A DNA stretch of 25,104 nucleotides. Source: a virus (lineage: Duplodnaviria > Caudoviricetes). The first letter of the stretch is position 1, and every line of letters starts with the position of its first letter. Shown here one piece after another: positions 8,119 to 16,995 of the stretch. The notes beneath the pieces are model-generated. The model saw only the letters and a program-made list of their open reading frames with translations, was not told where the DNA came from and did not search any database. Where the stretch lies: IMG/VR virus record IMGVR_UViG_3300037851_000996, positions 1 through 25,104 of that record; one strand, written 5' to 3'. A program made the position numbers and the translations under genes.

Positions 8119-9537
8119 TCAGGCTGTGCCCCCGTGGTAATTGCCGACGGCGGCCGCGATCGCGTGCGCCCTCCCGTGTCCCCTCTTCCCCGCGTGCTTC
8201 GCCAGCGCCAGCGCCCAGAACCGGTCCGCGTGCCCGTTCTTCCCACGGTCCGCCGTAAACCGGATGTTCCCGGCCGCCGTCGTCTCCTTCTTGATCGCCC
8301 GTAAATCCGCCCGCACCAGCGGGTCATTCGGGATCCGCACCGTCCGATCCTCGAACCCCGACCGCACCGGATACGCCAGCTCCTCCTTCACCGGCGCCGT
8401 AAAATTGATCGCCTCCACTCGGTATTCCCCAAACCGCCGCTGCGCCCGCTCCGTGAACTGACGCCCAATCCCCGTGCAATCAATGCAGCACCTCCGCACC
8501 CCCGGCAGCTCGAGCACCTCGTATAGCGCGTGTTCCTGCGCGTCGAACGTCTCGTTCTGCAAACAAATCACCCGCCGCGTGTAATCCACATCCCCGATTT
8601 TCTCGTTCACCCAGATCACCGTCAAATCGTGGTCCCGGCCCACGTCCACCCCCACAAACAACGGCCCCTTCGCCGCCGCCAAATCCGTCTCCCACGCCTC
8701 CCCCGCCTTATACTCGCAGCTCGCAATCAAGTCGTAGCTCAGGAATGCCGAGTTATCGTCGCTCGGCACGCACATGTACTCCTGCAGGAACGTCTCCTCG
8801 TCCGGACATCCCCGACGGATGAAATCGAAATACGCCCCCTCGTCCATCTCCTGCCGGGCGTCATCCGCCGGCAGCTTCGCTTGCAGCTTGCTCAGAAACC
8901 CCTGCTCGAGCGCGTCCTGCAGCGTCACCCGGTGGAGGCTGAACCCCTTCGGATTCCCCTTGTGCTTGATCTCCTCCACCAGCTCGTTGAAAAAATTCGC
9001 GCTCCCGCGGTGCGTCGAGAATATCTCCATGCTCCCGCCCCACGTGATGCCCGGATACGCAATCGCGTACAACTTCCGCGGGTCCGGGTGCAGCGCAAAC
9101 TCGTCCAGCACCCGGTCCCCGCGCTTGCCCGCCTGCGCGTCCGGGTTGCTGCTCATGCTATGCGCTCGCAGCCGGTTCGCGAACTGCAGCACATACGCCG
9201 AGTGCCCGTCGCTGTCGATCGCCCGCTCCCCCAGGTCCTCCGCCCCGGCCTGCAAGATCGCCGCAAAATGTTTGCAATCCTCCAGGAACAACCGCGCCTG
9301 GATATCGTCCCGCGACGATATCCACGCATCCAGTTGCGCCTCCTTCAGCGCCTTTCGACTCACCAGCCCATACGCCGTCGCCCACGTCCACCCGATCTGC
9401 CGCGACTTCTCCGCCAGCTTCAATCGGGCGCGATCGCGCACCCACTTCCCCTGGTAATCCAGCAGCAACGTCTGCCGCGGTATCACCTTCGCCTTGCCTG
9501 GAGGTTTGTTTGCCATCTGCCATTGGCTATTGGCCAT
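8119..9537 (-). CDS. terL: Terminase large subunit (Mu gp28-like)
   Basis: Walker A-like KSRQIGWTW, Walker B VLDEFA, nuclease motifs GVDVGRDHDLTV and HADRFWALALA. Confidence 0.96.
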   Translation of the reverse strand: MANSQWQMANKPPGKAKVIPRQTLLLDYQGKWVRDRARLKLAEKSRQIGWTWATAYGLVSRKALKEAQLDAWISSRDDIQARLFLEDCKHFAAILQAGAEDLGERAIDSDGHSAYVLQFANRLRAHSMSSNPDAQAGKRGDRVLDEFALHPDPRKLYAIAYPGITWGGSMEIFSTHRGSANFFNELVEEIKHKGNPKGFSLHRVTLQDALEQGFLSKLQAKLPADDARQEMDEGAYFDFIRRGCPDEETFLQEYMCVPSDDNSAFLSYDLIASCEYKAGEAWETDLAAAKGPLFVGVDVGRDHDLTVIWVNEKIGDVDYTRRVICLQNETFDAQEHALYEVLELPGVRRCCIDCTGIGRQFTERAQRRFGEYRVEAINFTAPVKEELAYPVRSGFEDRTVRIPNDPLVRADLRAIKKETTAAGNIRFTADRGKNGHADRFWALALAKHAGKRGHGRAHAIAAAVGNYHGGTA

Positions 9538-9540
9538 TCG

Positions 9541-10206
9541 TCACAACAGCCTCGCCGCCTCCTCGATCTTCCGCAGCGTCTCCGGCGTCAGCCCCCCCGC
9601 TTTCACCTGGCCCAGCGCATTTTCGATCTCGCGCTTCTGGGCGGCGACTTTGTCCTGGTATTCCTTGAGCCGCTGGTCAAAGGCCGCGCGGGCCAGAGCC
9701 AGCTCCTCGTCCTTCCGCTTCAACTTCTCCCGGTCAATGTCCGCCCGTTGCTGCGCGATCTCGGCCGAGCGCAGCGAGGTGAGGCTGGTCACCACATCCC
9801 CAAGCTGCTCCAGGTTCAGCCCTTTTTTCCCTGGTGGCCCGTCCGGCTCGGACTCCGCGGTTTCGAGCAGCTCGAGCAGCTTCCCGCTCGCGATCGCCGC
9901 CGCGCCCTCCGCAATGCTCCCGCCGTTCGCCCGCGCCAGCCCCGCCGCGAAACTCGCCAGCTCCTTCACCCGGTAAGTCTTGTCCTGCTTCTCGCTCCAC
10001 TCCTCATACCCGCCCGCCCGCCAATCGCTCAAATTTTGTCCGTTGATCTCCGCCCCTCCAAAAAACTCCCCGCACACCCGCCGCGTCTCCTCCAGCCCGT
10101 TCAGCCACGGCAACAACTGCGCCCCCAGCTCCCCGTTGCGCAGCCGCTTGTTCAACTCCTCCCGGACACTCTCCGGCAATCTCGCTATCTTTCCAACGCG
10201 TGCCAT
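9541..10206 (-). CDS. DUF3486/Mu gp27-like protein, probable terminase small subunit
   Basis: N-terminal GKIARLPESVREELNKRL and C-terminal GLTPETLRKIEE; immediately upstream of TerL. Confidence 0.82.
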   Translation of the reverse strand: MARVGKIARLPESVREELNKRLRNGELGAQLLPWLNGLEETRRVCGEFFGGAEINGQNLSDWRAGGYEEWSEKQDKTYRVKELASFAAGLARANGGSIAEGAAAIASGKLLELLETAESEPDGPPGKKGLNLEQLGDVVTSLTSLRSAEIAQQRADIDREKLKRKDEELALARAAFDQRLKEYQDKVAAQKREIENALGQVKAGGLTPETLRKIEEAARLL

Positions 10207-10286
10207 GGCTCAGGGATTTGAAATTTGAGATCTGAAATTTGAAATTAGCCAGGCCCCCCCTCTGTGCCTCGGTGTCTCCGTGGTGT

Positions 10287-10550
10287 TCATCCTTTCCTCT
10301 CCACCGCCAGCACGCCGGCCGGCGTCGCCTGCCACCACGTGCTCCCCCCCAGCTCGTCATACTGGCTTTTCACCAGCTCCATCCCCTTCAGCAGTTCCAA
10401 CGCGCCCATCACCTCCTCCTCCGTGCAGTCGACATCCATCTGCGTCCGCACCCGCCGCGCGATCCCGCCCACCGGCAGCGCCGCCGGATGCCGCGTCGTC
10501 AACACCTCCAGCACCGCGTGCCTCAACAACTCTTTATCATCGTTCGTCAT
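10287..10550 (-). CDS. Mu gp26-like winged-helix protein
   Basis: LRHAVLEVL...EEVMGALELLKGMELV...ATPAG; position upstream of the gp27-like gene. Confidence 0.7.
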   Translation of the reverse strand: MTNDDKELLRHAVLEVLTTRHPAALPVGGIARRVRTQMDVDCTEEEVMGALELLKGMELVKSQYDELGGSTWWQATPAGVLAVERKG

Positions 10551-10602
10551 GCTTCATCCTGTTCATCCTGTCATCCTGTCTTCCGCTATCAGCCTTCAGC
10601 CT

Positions 10603-11079
10603 TTAGCCTTCAGCCTTTCCCGCCCTTTTGATCTCCCCCTCCAGCCGGCCCAGCGCCCGTTCCACATCCCGGAACCCCTTGCTCATTTCCTCCCGCGTCG
10701 TCGTGTTCGCGTCCGCCAACTCCTTCCGGATCTCGTCGATCTTGTTGTAGATCCCCGCCGACCGCGTCCGCGCGCTCACCTCGAACGATTCCTTGTCCCG
10801 CTCCAGCCGCTCCCAGAGGCGCCGCACCTGTTCGGTCACCTCCATCAGCCCCCGCGACGTCTGCTCATGCCGCTGCGAACAAAACGCCGTGGTCACATAC
10901 TCCGCCGACGGCCGGACCTCGAGCGGCTGCGGCTCGATCAGGCGCCGCTTCTTCAGCACCACCCCGGCGATCGCCGCCACCGAAGCCGCGCCCCCCAAAA
11001 CTCCTATAAACAGGAGCGCGGCCTGGTGTAAGAACGTCGGGCTCACCTTGTCGATCTGCGCCAAAATCATCGGTTCCAT
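10603..11079 (-). CDS. Membrane-anchored coiled-coil protein (Mu gp25-like position)
   Basis: TM segment AALLFIGVLGGAASVAAIAGVVL, then a coiled coil ending RALGRLEGEIK. Confidence 0.7.
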   Translation of the reverse strand: MEPMILAQIDKVSPTFLHQAALLFIGVLGGAASVAAIAGVVLKKRRLIEPQPLEVRPSAEYVTTAFCSQRHEQTSRGLMEVTEQVRRLWERLERDKESFEVSARTRSAGIYNKIDEIRKELADANTTTREEMSKGFRDVERALGRLEGEIKRAGKAEG

Positions 11080-11157
11080 CTGATTTGCTTCCTTCTTCGT
11101 TTTCTTCGTTGCCTTCTGGTCTCTGGTCTTAGTCACTCAACCTTCAACCCTCAACCC

Positions 11158-11943
11158 TCAACCATGTCTCTTCTGCCACCCCGACGACCGAAACGCTTCC
11201 TCCATCGCCGCGTCCACGGCCGCCTCCTCCTCCGGCGTCCATTCCCGCCGCCGTTTCGCTTGCGCAATCCAGCCCTGTAACAGCGCGATCAACTTCGTCA
11301 GCCCATCGATCGCCGCCAGCACCATCGCCGGCGATACCGCCGCCGCCGCCAGCATTGGGCATTTGAGATTTGAGATTTCAGATTTGAGATTCTCAAGATT
11401 AGCTGCCCCCTGTCTGTCGCCCCAGCGCAGCATAATCTCCGCCCGCAACGCCTCCAGCACCTTCAGCGCCGTGGCCAGTTCCGCCCGGTTCTCCGGCGTG
11501 CGGTTCGCTTTATACGCTTTCACCAGACGCCGCGCCGCGCGGTTCGCCGGCGGAAACTCCTCCCGCAACCGGTCCGCAAACACCAGCACCTGCACCGGCG
11601 CCATTGCCCGGTTGTTCTCCTCCCAACCCAGGAATGCGTCCGCCAGCGCGAACGTCCCTTGGATCGTCTGTTCGGCCCTCACCACCACCGGATCCTGGTC
11701 CCGGTCCACACTCGCGCACCCGCTCGTCAGGCACATCACTCCCATCAGCCCAATTAGTCCCATCAATCCGACGCTCTTCCCCATGCCTGCCCGCAGCGTC
11801 ATCAACCCGCCCGCGCCCAGTCCCACCAAAAACTTCTCGTCCAGCTCCCAGAATCCCAGGTAACTCCCCGCCACATACAGCAGCGCTATCGCCGCCACAA
11901 AATACGTCTTCTTCCCTTTCAAGAACTCAATCGTCTTTTCCAT
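11158..11943 (-). CDS. Holin-like N-terminus fused to a lipoprotein-like helical domain (lysis region)
   Basis: FLKGKKTYFVAAIALL plus a second hydrophobic stretch; internal lipobox-like LTSG-C at residue 76. Confidence 0.6.
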   Translation of the reverse strand: MEKTIEFLKGKKTYFVAAIALLYVAGSYLGFWELDEKFLVGLGAGGLMTLRAGMGKSVGLMGLIGLMGVMCLTSGCASVDRDQDPVVVRAEQTIQGTFALADAFLGWEENNRAMAPVQVLVFADRLREEFPPANRAARRLVKAYKANRTPENRAELATALKVLEALRAEIMLRWGDRQGAANLENLKSEISNLKCPMLAAAAVSPAMVLAAIDGLTKLIALLQGWIAQAKRRREWTPEEEAAVDAAMEEAFRSSGWQKRHG

Positions 11944-11954
11944 GCTCGGTTCCT

Positions 11955-12075
11955 TTGTCTTTGGTCTTTAGTCTTTAGTCTTTGGTCTCTGGTCTCTGGT
12001 CTCTGGTCTCGGGTCAATCTGCCTTCCCCACTTCGAACTTCGCCCTTCGAACTTCGAACTTCTTCAACCCTCAAC
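11955..12075 (+). repeat. Compound heptamer arrays (GTCTTTA/GGTCTCT about 8 units, TTCGAAC, ACCCTCA)
   Basis: Directly visible tandem units. Confidence 0.9.
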
Positions 12076-12086
12076 TCCATGTCTTG

Positions 12087-12230
12087 CGCCGTTTAACCAT
12101 GCGCTCCGCGCATGCGCCAGCGATCCCGGCGAGCCCTGCGTAGAATGCGGAGATTTCCACTTTTCTTCGCATTCTCCGCACCCTTCGCCGCCATCGCTGG
12201 CCAGCCTCCTCCTCTCGTGTTTTAACTGCG
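12087..12230. promoter_or_regulatory. Dyad-symmetric region, probable bidirectional late promoter
   Basis: Four motif blocks mirrored about position 12158.5, between the divergent late operons. Confidence 0.75.
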
Positions 12231-12234
12231 GGCG

Positions 12235-13329
12235 ATGTTAGAAGAGAACCAAGCCACGTTGCGGGAGCTGCCCAACCTCGCCGCGCTGCGCGTCAGTAAC
12301 GCCGCGCTCCGCGGTGACCAGTTGCCCACCCGGCTCAAAGTCTTCAACTGGGGCGACAACCCCTCGACCAAAGGCACCTTCCGCGCCGGCGACACCACCG
12401 CGCGCATCCTCGAGTTGAATCAGCGCGCCCTCGGCTTCGAACGCGTCGCCATCGACTACAACCACTGCACCGTCCCCGGCAGCCCCGAATACATCAAGGG
12501 CCAGCCCCCGGCCATCTTCGGCTACGGCACCGTCCGCGTGAAACCCAACGACGGCATCTATCTCGAGGACGTCACCTGGACTCCCCTCGGCCTCCAGCAC
12601 GCCCGCAACTTCGAGGACCTCTCCCCGGCCCTCCATCCAGATCAGCCCGGTGAGGACGTTGACTTTCTCCACTCCGTCGCCCTCACCACCAACGGCGCCC
12701 TCCACGACGTCACTTTCTTTTCCGCTGCAAAATCAATCCACGACCAACATATGAACAACAACACTACGCCCGGACAGGGCATTCTCACGCTCGCCATCAT
12801 GGCCAGCGCATTGGGCCTCGCGGCGACTGCCACCGAGGCGGAAGTGACCTCCAAAATCAAAACCTTGAGCACCCTGGAACCGCTCGTCAAAGACGGCAAA
12901 GTCATCCTCCTGGACGACCTCGCCGCCCTCGACGCCCGCCTCAAGAAAATCGAGGAAGCCGGAAAAGTCGCCAGCCTCAGCGCTGCCGACCTGGTCCCCG
13001 TCTCCGAGCGCCTCAAGAAACTCGAAGACGCCCTCGTCCAGTCCAGCCAGGCCTCCCTCGACCGCGAACGCGGCGCTCTCATCGCCCGCTTCGCCGCCGA
13101 CGGCAAAGTCCCCCGCGGCGCCGATGGCAAGGAACTGAGCAACGACGACCTCGCCAAGCTCGACCTCGCCACCCTCCAAATCCTCCACGCCAACACCCCG
13201 GCCACCGTCCCGCTCCACTCCCGCGGCAAGCCCGCGAAAGATGCGCAGGCCGGCTCGGAGCTCAAAGGGCTCGCGAAAACGCGGGCGGCCTTCCAGGCCC
13301 AGTTCGACGCGGCCAACCGCACACTCTAA
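12235..13329 (+). CDS. Mu gpI/gp32-like head maturation protease with a C-terminal scaffold region
   Basis: Motifs IDYNH, VTWTP.G, LSPA and HSVALT; Ala/Leu/Lys-rich helical C-terminal half. Confidence 0.88.
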   Translation: MLEENQATLRELPNLAALRVSNAALRGDQLPTRLKVFNWGDNPSTKGTFRAGDTTARILELNQRALGFERVAIDYNHCTVPGSPEYIKGQPPAIFGYGTVRVKPNDGIYLEDVTWTPLGLQHARNFEDLSPALHPDQPGEDVDFLHSVALTTNGALHDVTFFSAAKSIHDQHMNNNTTPGQGILTLAIMASALGLAATATEAEVTSKIKTLSTLEPLVKDGKVILLDDLAALDARLKKIEEAGKVASLSAADLVPVSERLKKLEDALVQSSQASLDRERGALIARFAADGKVPRGADGKELSNDDLAKLDLATLQILHANTPATVPLHSRGKPAKDAQAGSELKGLAKTRAAFQAQFDAANRTL

Positions 13330-13340
13330 TCAGTTCGCTC

Positions 13341-13382
13341 TCTCAAATCTCAAATCTCAAATCTGAAATCTCAAATCTGAAA
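13341..13382 (+). repeat. AATCTCA/AATCTGA heptamer array upstream of the capsid start
   Basis: About 5-6 tandem units. The same family occurs at 7159, 16502, 16960, 17505, 23730 and 24079, and reversed at 10215 and 11361. Confidence 0.9.
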
Positions 13383-13388
13383 TAAATT

Positions 13389-14348
13389 ATGGCTACCGGT
13401 TACACCACCCTCCTCGACATCGCCAACCGCAGCGGCTCCGACGCCCTCGTCGGCCTCATCGAGGATGTCACCACCTACGCCCCCGAGTTCTCGGTCATCC
13501 CGGCCGTCACTCGCAAGGGCACCACCTACCGCGTCACCCGGCGCACCGGCCTCCCCACCGCCGCTTTCCGCTCCGTCAACGAGTCCGGCACCATCGGCAA
13601 ATCCACATGGAAACAGGAAGTAAAGGAAATGTACTTCCTGGACTGCCCGCTTCAGGTCGATGAAGCCGTCGTCCAGGCCGATGACGGCTCCGCCGGCGAC
13701 TTCCTCACCCAGGAAGCCCGCGGCGCTCTCGAAGCCTCCACCATCGCCCTCGGCTCCCAGATGTACTACGGCGTCAGCGCCGACGCCAAAGGCTTCGTCG
13801 GCCTCGAAGCCCAGTCCGTTGGCAAATGGCCCACCGGCGGCACCACCAGTTCCACCAGCGCCTACCTCGTTTGGCTCAACGAACAGGGTGTGCGCTTCGT
13901 CGTCGGCCAGGACGGTCGCCTCGCCTTGCCCGCCTGGACTCGCCAAGCCATCATCTCCGGCACCTCGCAGAAATTCGGTTGGGTCACCAACCTCTCCGGC
14001 TACATCGGCCTCATGGTCGGCAGCGCCGCGGCCGTCTGGCGCGTCTCCGGCATCACCGCCGCCGCCCCGCTCACCGATGCTCGCGGCAACGGCCTCCTCA
14101 GCAAAGTCCCCCTCAACCGCCGCAACGGCCTCCGCTGGTTCATGAACCGCACCGCCAAATACACCCTCGACAAGAGCCGTTCCACTCTCGGCTACGTCGC
14201 CGCCACCTCCGGCGGCTCCCCCACCCAATCCCTCGGGCCCATGTGGGTCTCCAACGACACCCTCGCCGGCGTCCCCATCACCGTCACCGACTCCCTCGTG
14301 GACACCGAAACCAACGCCGGCACCGCCGACACCTACGCCGCCGAATAA
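13389..14348 (+). CDS. Major capsid protein (resembles the BPP-1-type family rather than Mu gpT)
   Basis: 319 aa, directly after the protease; TLLDIA...RRTGLPTAAFRSVN....KST...VD, and C-terminal GVPITVTDSLVDTE. Confidence 0.85.
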   Translation: MATGYTTLLDIANRSGSDALVGLIEDVTTYAPEFSVIPAVTRKGTTYRVTRRTGLPTAAFRSVNESGTIGKSTWKQEVKEMYFLDCPLQVDEAVVQADDGSAGDFLTQEARGALEASTIALGSQMYYGVSADAKGFVGLEAQSVGKWPTGGTTSSTSAYLVWLNEQGVRFVVGQDGRLALPAWTRQAIISGTSQKFGWVTNLSGYIGLMVGSAAAVWRVSGITAAAPLTDARGNGLLSKVPLNRRNGLRWFMNRTAKYTLDKSRSTLGYVAATSGGSPTQSLGPMWVSNDTLAGVPITVTDSLVDTETNAGTADTYAAE

Positions 14349-14384
14349 CTCTGCACTCTCAACTCTCAACTCTGCACTGAAATT

Positions 14385-14798
14385 ATGGCTTCTCCCACCA
14401 CCACCAGAAACCGCAAGGACGCTTCCTTGAAGGCCTCCGCGGCTCTCCCCAACGCCGCCAACACCGTCAACACCAACGGCATCGACCTCGGCGCCGCCAC
14501 CCCGTACCCGGTCACCGAGCAACTCCAGGTCAAAATCTCCAACACCGTCGCCACCGGCGCGAACACGAAGAACATCAACATCCGCCTCATGGACAGCGCG
14601 GATAACTCGTCGTTCGCCAACGTGGCGCAGCTGGCCAACCCGATTCTGCGGGTCACCGACAACTCCGGCATCCCGGCCGGTGAAGTCACCATCCAACTGC
14701 CGCCCAACACCCGCCGCTACATCCGCGCCACCGCCCTCGGTGAAGCCAGCGGCGGCGATGCCTCCGACGGCACCTTCACCATCGAACTCCTCTTCTGA
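14385..14798 (+). CDS. Capsid cement/decoration protein (Bbp16-like)
   Basis: 137 aa, beta-rich; TNGIDLG...L.DSADNSSF...RRYIR; immediately after the capsid gene. Confidence 0.7.
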   Translation: MASPTTTRNRKDASLKASAALPNAANTVNTNGIDLGAATPYPVTEQLQVKISNTVATGANTKNINIRLMDSADNSSFANVAQLANPILRVTDNSGIPAGEVTIQLPPNTRRYIRATALGEASGGDASDGTFTIELLF

Positions 14799-14804
14799 CC
14801 GCCA

Positions 14805-14862
14805 GGTCAGACCCCGGGCGCCGGCGGTGCCTCCTCCTTCCCCCCGCCGGCGCTCTCTGACC
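14805..14862 (+). other. Long GC-rich stem-loop after the head genes
   Basis: GGTCAGA/TCTGACC and GCGCCGGCGG/CCGCCGGCGC pair around a pyrimidine loop; no clear U-tract. Confidence 0.55.
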
Positions 14863-14909
14863 CATCCACCCACTTTAGCCTTTATACTTTAGCCTTCAGC
14901 CTTCCATCC

Positions 14910-15656
14910 ATGTCCTCGGGCGATCTCCAAACCCCTTCTCCGACCTGTCCGACTCGTCCTACCAGTCCGACTCGTCCCGCCGCCCCCTCCGGCCCTTCGT
15001 TCCCTTCGTTACCTTCTGTTCAATTCCCGTTGGACTGTTTGCCCGGCGTCGGCGAAGTCTTCTCCGGCCAATACGATTTCCCGGCCCGCGTCCACGGACC
15101 CTGTCTCGTCCTCGACATCGGCGCCAACTGCGGCGCCTTCGCCCTCTGGGCACGCCTGCGCTGGCCTCACTCCACCGTCATCTGCTACGAGCCGCACCCG
15201 GAGATTTTCGAATACCTCCGTCACAACACCGCCTTTCGCGACTCCAACATCACCGTCGTCCAGGCCGCCGTCGGCGATCCCGCCCTCACCCAACTCCACC
15301 CCGGCCTCGACACCCGCCTCTGTTCCTCCTTCCACGACATCGGCCGCCAGGCCGGTTTCGGCGCCTCGGACCATCCTGTTAATCCTGTTCATCCTGTCGT
15401 GGTCCTGCCCCCCGAAAAACTCCCCCGCGCCAACATCATCAAGATCGACACCGAAGGCTCCGAAGCCTACATCCTCGAACACCTCACTTTCACCCCCGAC
15501 CTCCTCGTCGTCGAGTACCACACCGAAGACCTCCGCAACCGCGTCGAGGCCGCCCTGCGCGGCCGCATGGAGCTGCTCGATTGCCACGTCAACGGCATCA
15601 GCGCCGGTGCCGCTGGCACCTGGGGCCACCTCAAATACGCCAGGAGGCCCGCATGA
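14910..15656 (+). CDS. FkbM-family SAM-dependent methyltransferase
   Basis: Motifs VLDIGANCG, YEPHP and IIKIDTEGSE..IL; the N-terminus is repeat-derived, so the start is uncertain. Confidence 0.9.
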   Translation: MSSGDLQTPSPTCPTRPTSPTRPAAPSGPSFPSLPSVQFPLDCLPGVGEVFSGQYDFPARVHGPCLVLDIGANCGAFALWARLRWPHSTVICYEPHPEIFEYLRHNTAFRDSNITVVQAAVGDPALTQLHPGLDTRLCSSFHDIGRQAGFGASDHPVNPVHPVVVLPPEKLPRANIIKIDTEGSEAYILEHLTFTPDLLVVEYHTEDLRNRVEAALRGRMELLDCHVNGISAGAAGTWGHLKYARRPA

Positions 15657-16540
15657 CATCCGCCCCAATCTCAAATTCCGCCAAGCTCTTCATCGCCGTG
15701 CCGGTTTATGGGGACGTCCCGCTTCCGTTTCTAATGCAGATGATGAAGCTGGCGATCGGCCGGCTGCCTTTCGAGTTCTCCATCGATTTCACCCAGGACT
15801 CCCTCGTCACCCGCGCCCGCAATACCCTCACCGCGAAGTTTCTTTCCACCGATTGCACTCACCTGCTTTTCATCGACTCCGACCTCATCTTCTCTGTCGA
15901 GCAGATTGCCCGCATCGCCTCCCATCCCGAGGACGTTGTCGGCGGGTTCTACCCAAAGAAACAGGAAGGCCCCATCGGCTGGGTCATGAACGGCTGCCTC
16001 GAGCCAAAGGAAACTCGCCCCGACGGCCTCGTCGAGGTCCGCTACGTCGGCACCGGCTTCCTCCGCATCGCCCGCTCCGTCTTCGAGAACATGATGCAGG
16101 CCCACTGGGACATCGTTTACAAGCCCGATCACGCCGACCGCCTCGAGCGCGACTATTGGCCCGTCGGACCCTACCGCTACAAAGACGGTACTGTCCGTTA
16201 CCTCTCCGAGGATTGGTACTTCTGCCAACGCTGGCTCGACCTCGGCGGCAAAGTCTGGGCCGATACCCAAATCATTCTGAAACACTGCGGTCGGGCCATC
16301 TACCCTCTTTCCTATCAGGAAGCGGAGATCCGCACCTGCTCTGCGCTCTCTGTGCCCTCTGTGGCTGCCCCTTCAGGTTCGGCCCCTCAACCCTCAGCCA
16401 TCAACCCTCAACCACTTTCGGGCCCTGGAATCCAAAAAATCCATCAGCCCGTTAGCCCCGCGCCGGTGTTATCGCCCCCACCGGCCGGGGCTTCTGCTTT
16501 CGATCTCAAATCTCAAATTTCAGATCTCAAATGTACGTAA
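15653..16540 (+). CDS. GT-A fold (GT2-like) glycosyltransferase
   Basis: Motifs IAVPVY, VTRARN, LLFIDSD (DxD), GTGFLRI.R.VF and SEDWYFC; ATGA overlap with the methyltransferase; AGGAGG upstream. Confidence 0.85.
   Translation: MTSAPISNSAKLFIAVPVYGDVPLPFLMQMMKLAIGRLPFEFSIDFTQDSLVTRARNTLTAKFLSTDCTHLLFIDSDLIFSVEQIARIASHPEDVVGGFYPKKQEGPIGWVMNGCLEPKETRPDGLVEVRYVGTGFLRIARSVFENMMQAHWDIVYKPDHADRLERDYWPVGPYRYKDGTVRYLSEDWYFCQRWLDLGGKVWADTQIILKHCGRAIYPLSYQEAEIRTCSALSVPSVAAPSGSAPQPSAINPQPLSGPGIQKIHQPVSPAPVLSPPPAGASAFDLKSQISDLKCT
16454..16500 (+). terminator. Terminator-like hairpin within the low-complexity tail of the glycosyltransferase ORF
   Basis: AGCCCCG-C-GCCGGTG...CACCGGC-CGGGGCT followed by TCTGCTTT. 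Confidence 0.5.
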
Positions 16541-16950
16541 CCCAATCCCAAATCCACACCGCCATCCCGGCCCAGCACCTCAACGACGCCCTCGACGACG
16601 ACGGCGACGGCCTCGCCGATCCCGGCCTCCTCGATGCCATCATCTCGAGCGCCTCCCAGGCCGTCGACGCCTTCCTCGCCGGCCTCTACACCGTGCCCTT
16701 CGCCGACCCCGCCCCCGCCGTCGTCGCCGAAGCCGCCTTCGTCTTCGCTTGCGAACGCATCTACGACCGCCGCCGCCTCGACGCCGCCGGCGACCAGGCC
16801 AACCCCTGGCGCGCCCGCGCCAACTCCTTCCGCGAGCGACTCGAAAAAATCTCCCGCAACCAACTCAAACTCGACCAGTCCCTCGACAAACCCAACACCC
16901 CAGGCGCCCTCATCACCGAATCCCCAGCCATCGACGCCTCCACCCGCTAA
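16531..16950 (+). CDS. Mu gp36/DUF1320-like head-tail adaptor
   Basis: MYVTQ..., ASQAVDAFLAGLYTVP, IYDRR and RLEKIS....L. Confidence 0.85.
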   Translation: MYVTQSQIHTAIPAQHLNDALDDDGDGLADPGLLDAIISSASQAVDAFLAGLYTVPFADPAPAVVAEAAFVFACERIYDRRRLDAAGDQANPWRARANSFRERLEKISRNQLKLDQSLDKPNTPGALITESPAIDASTR

Positions 16951-16995
16951 CTCGCTCCCAATCTCAAATTTGAAATCTCAAATCTCAAATCCCAA

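Noticed and set aside
11920-12080. Leader ORF from ATG 12080 (MELRVEEVRSSKGEVRS...)
   Set aside because: Almost entirely repeat-derived and out of frame with the holin-like gene; it may be translated, but nothing supports a functional protein.
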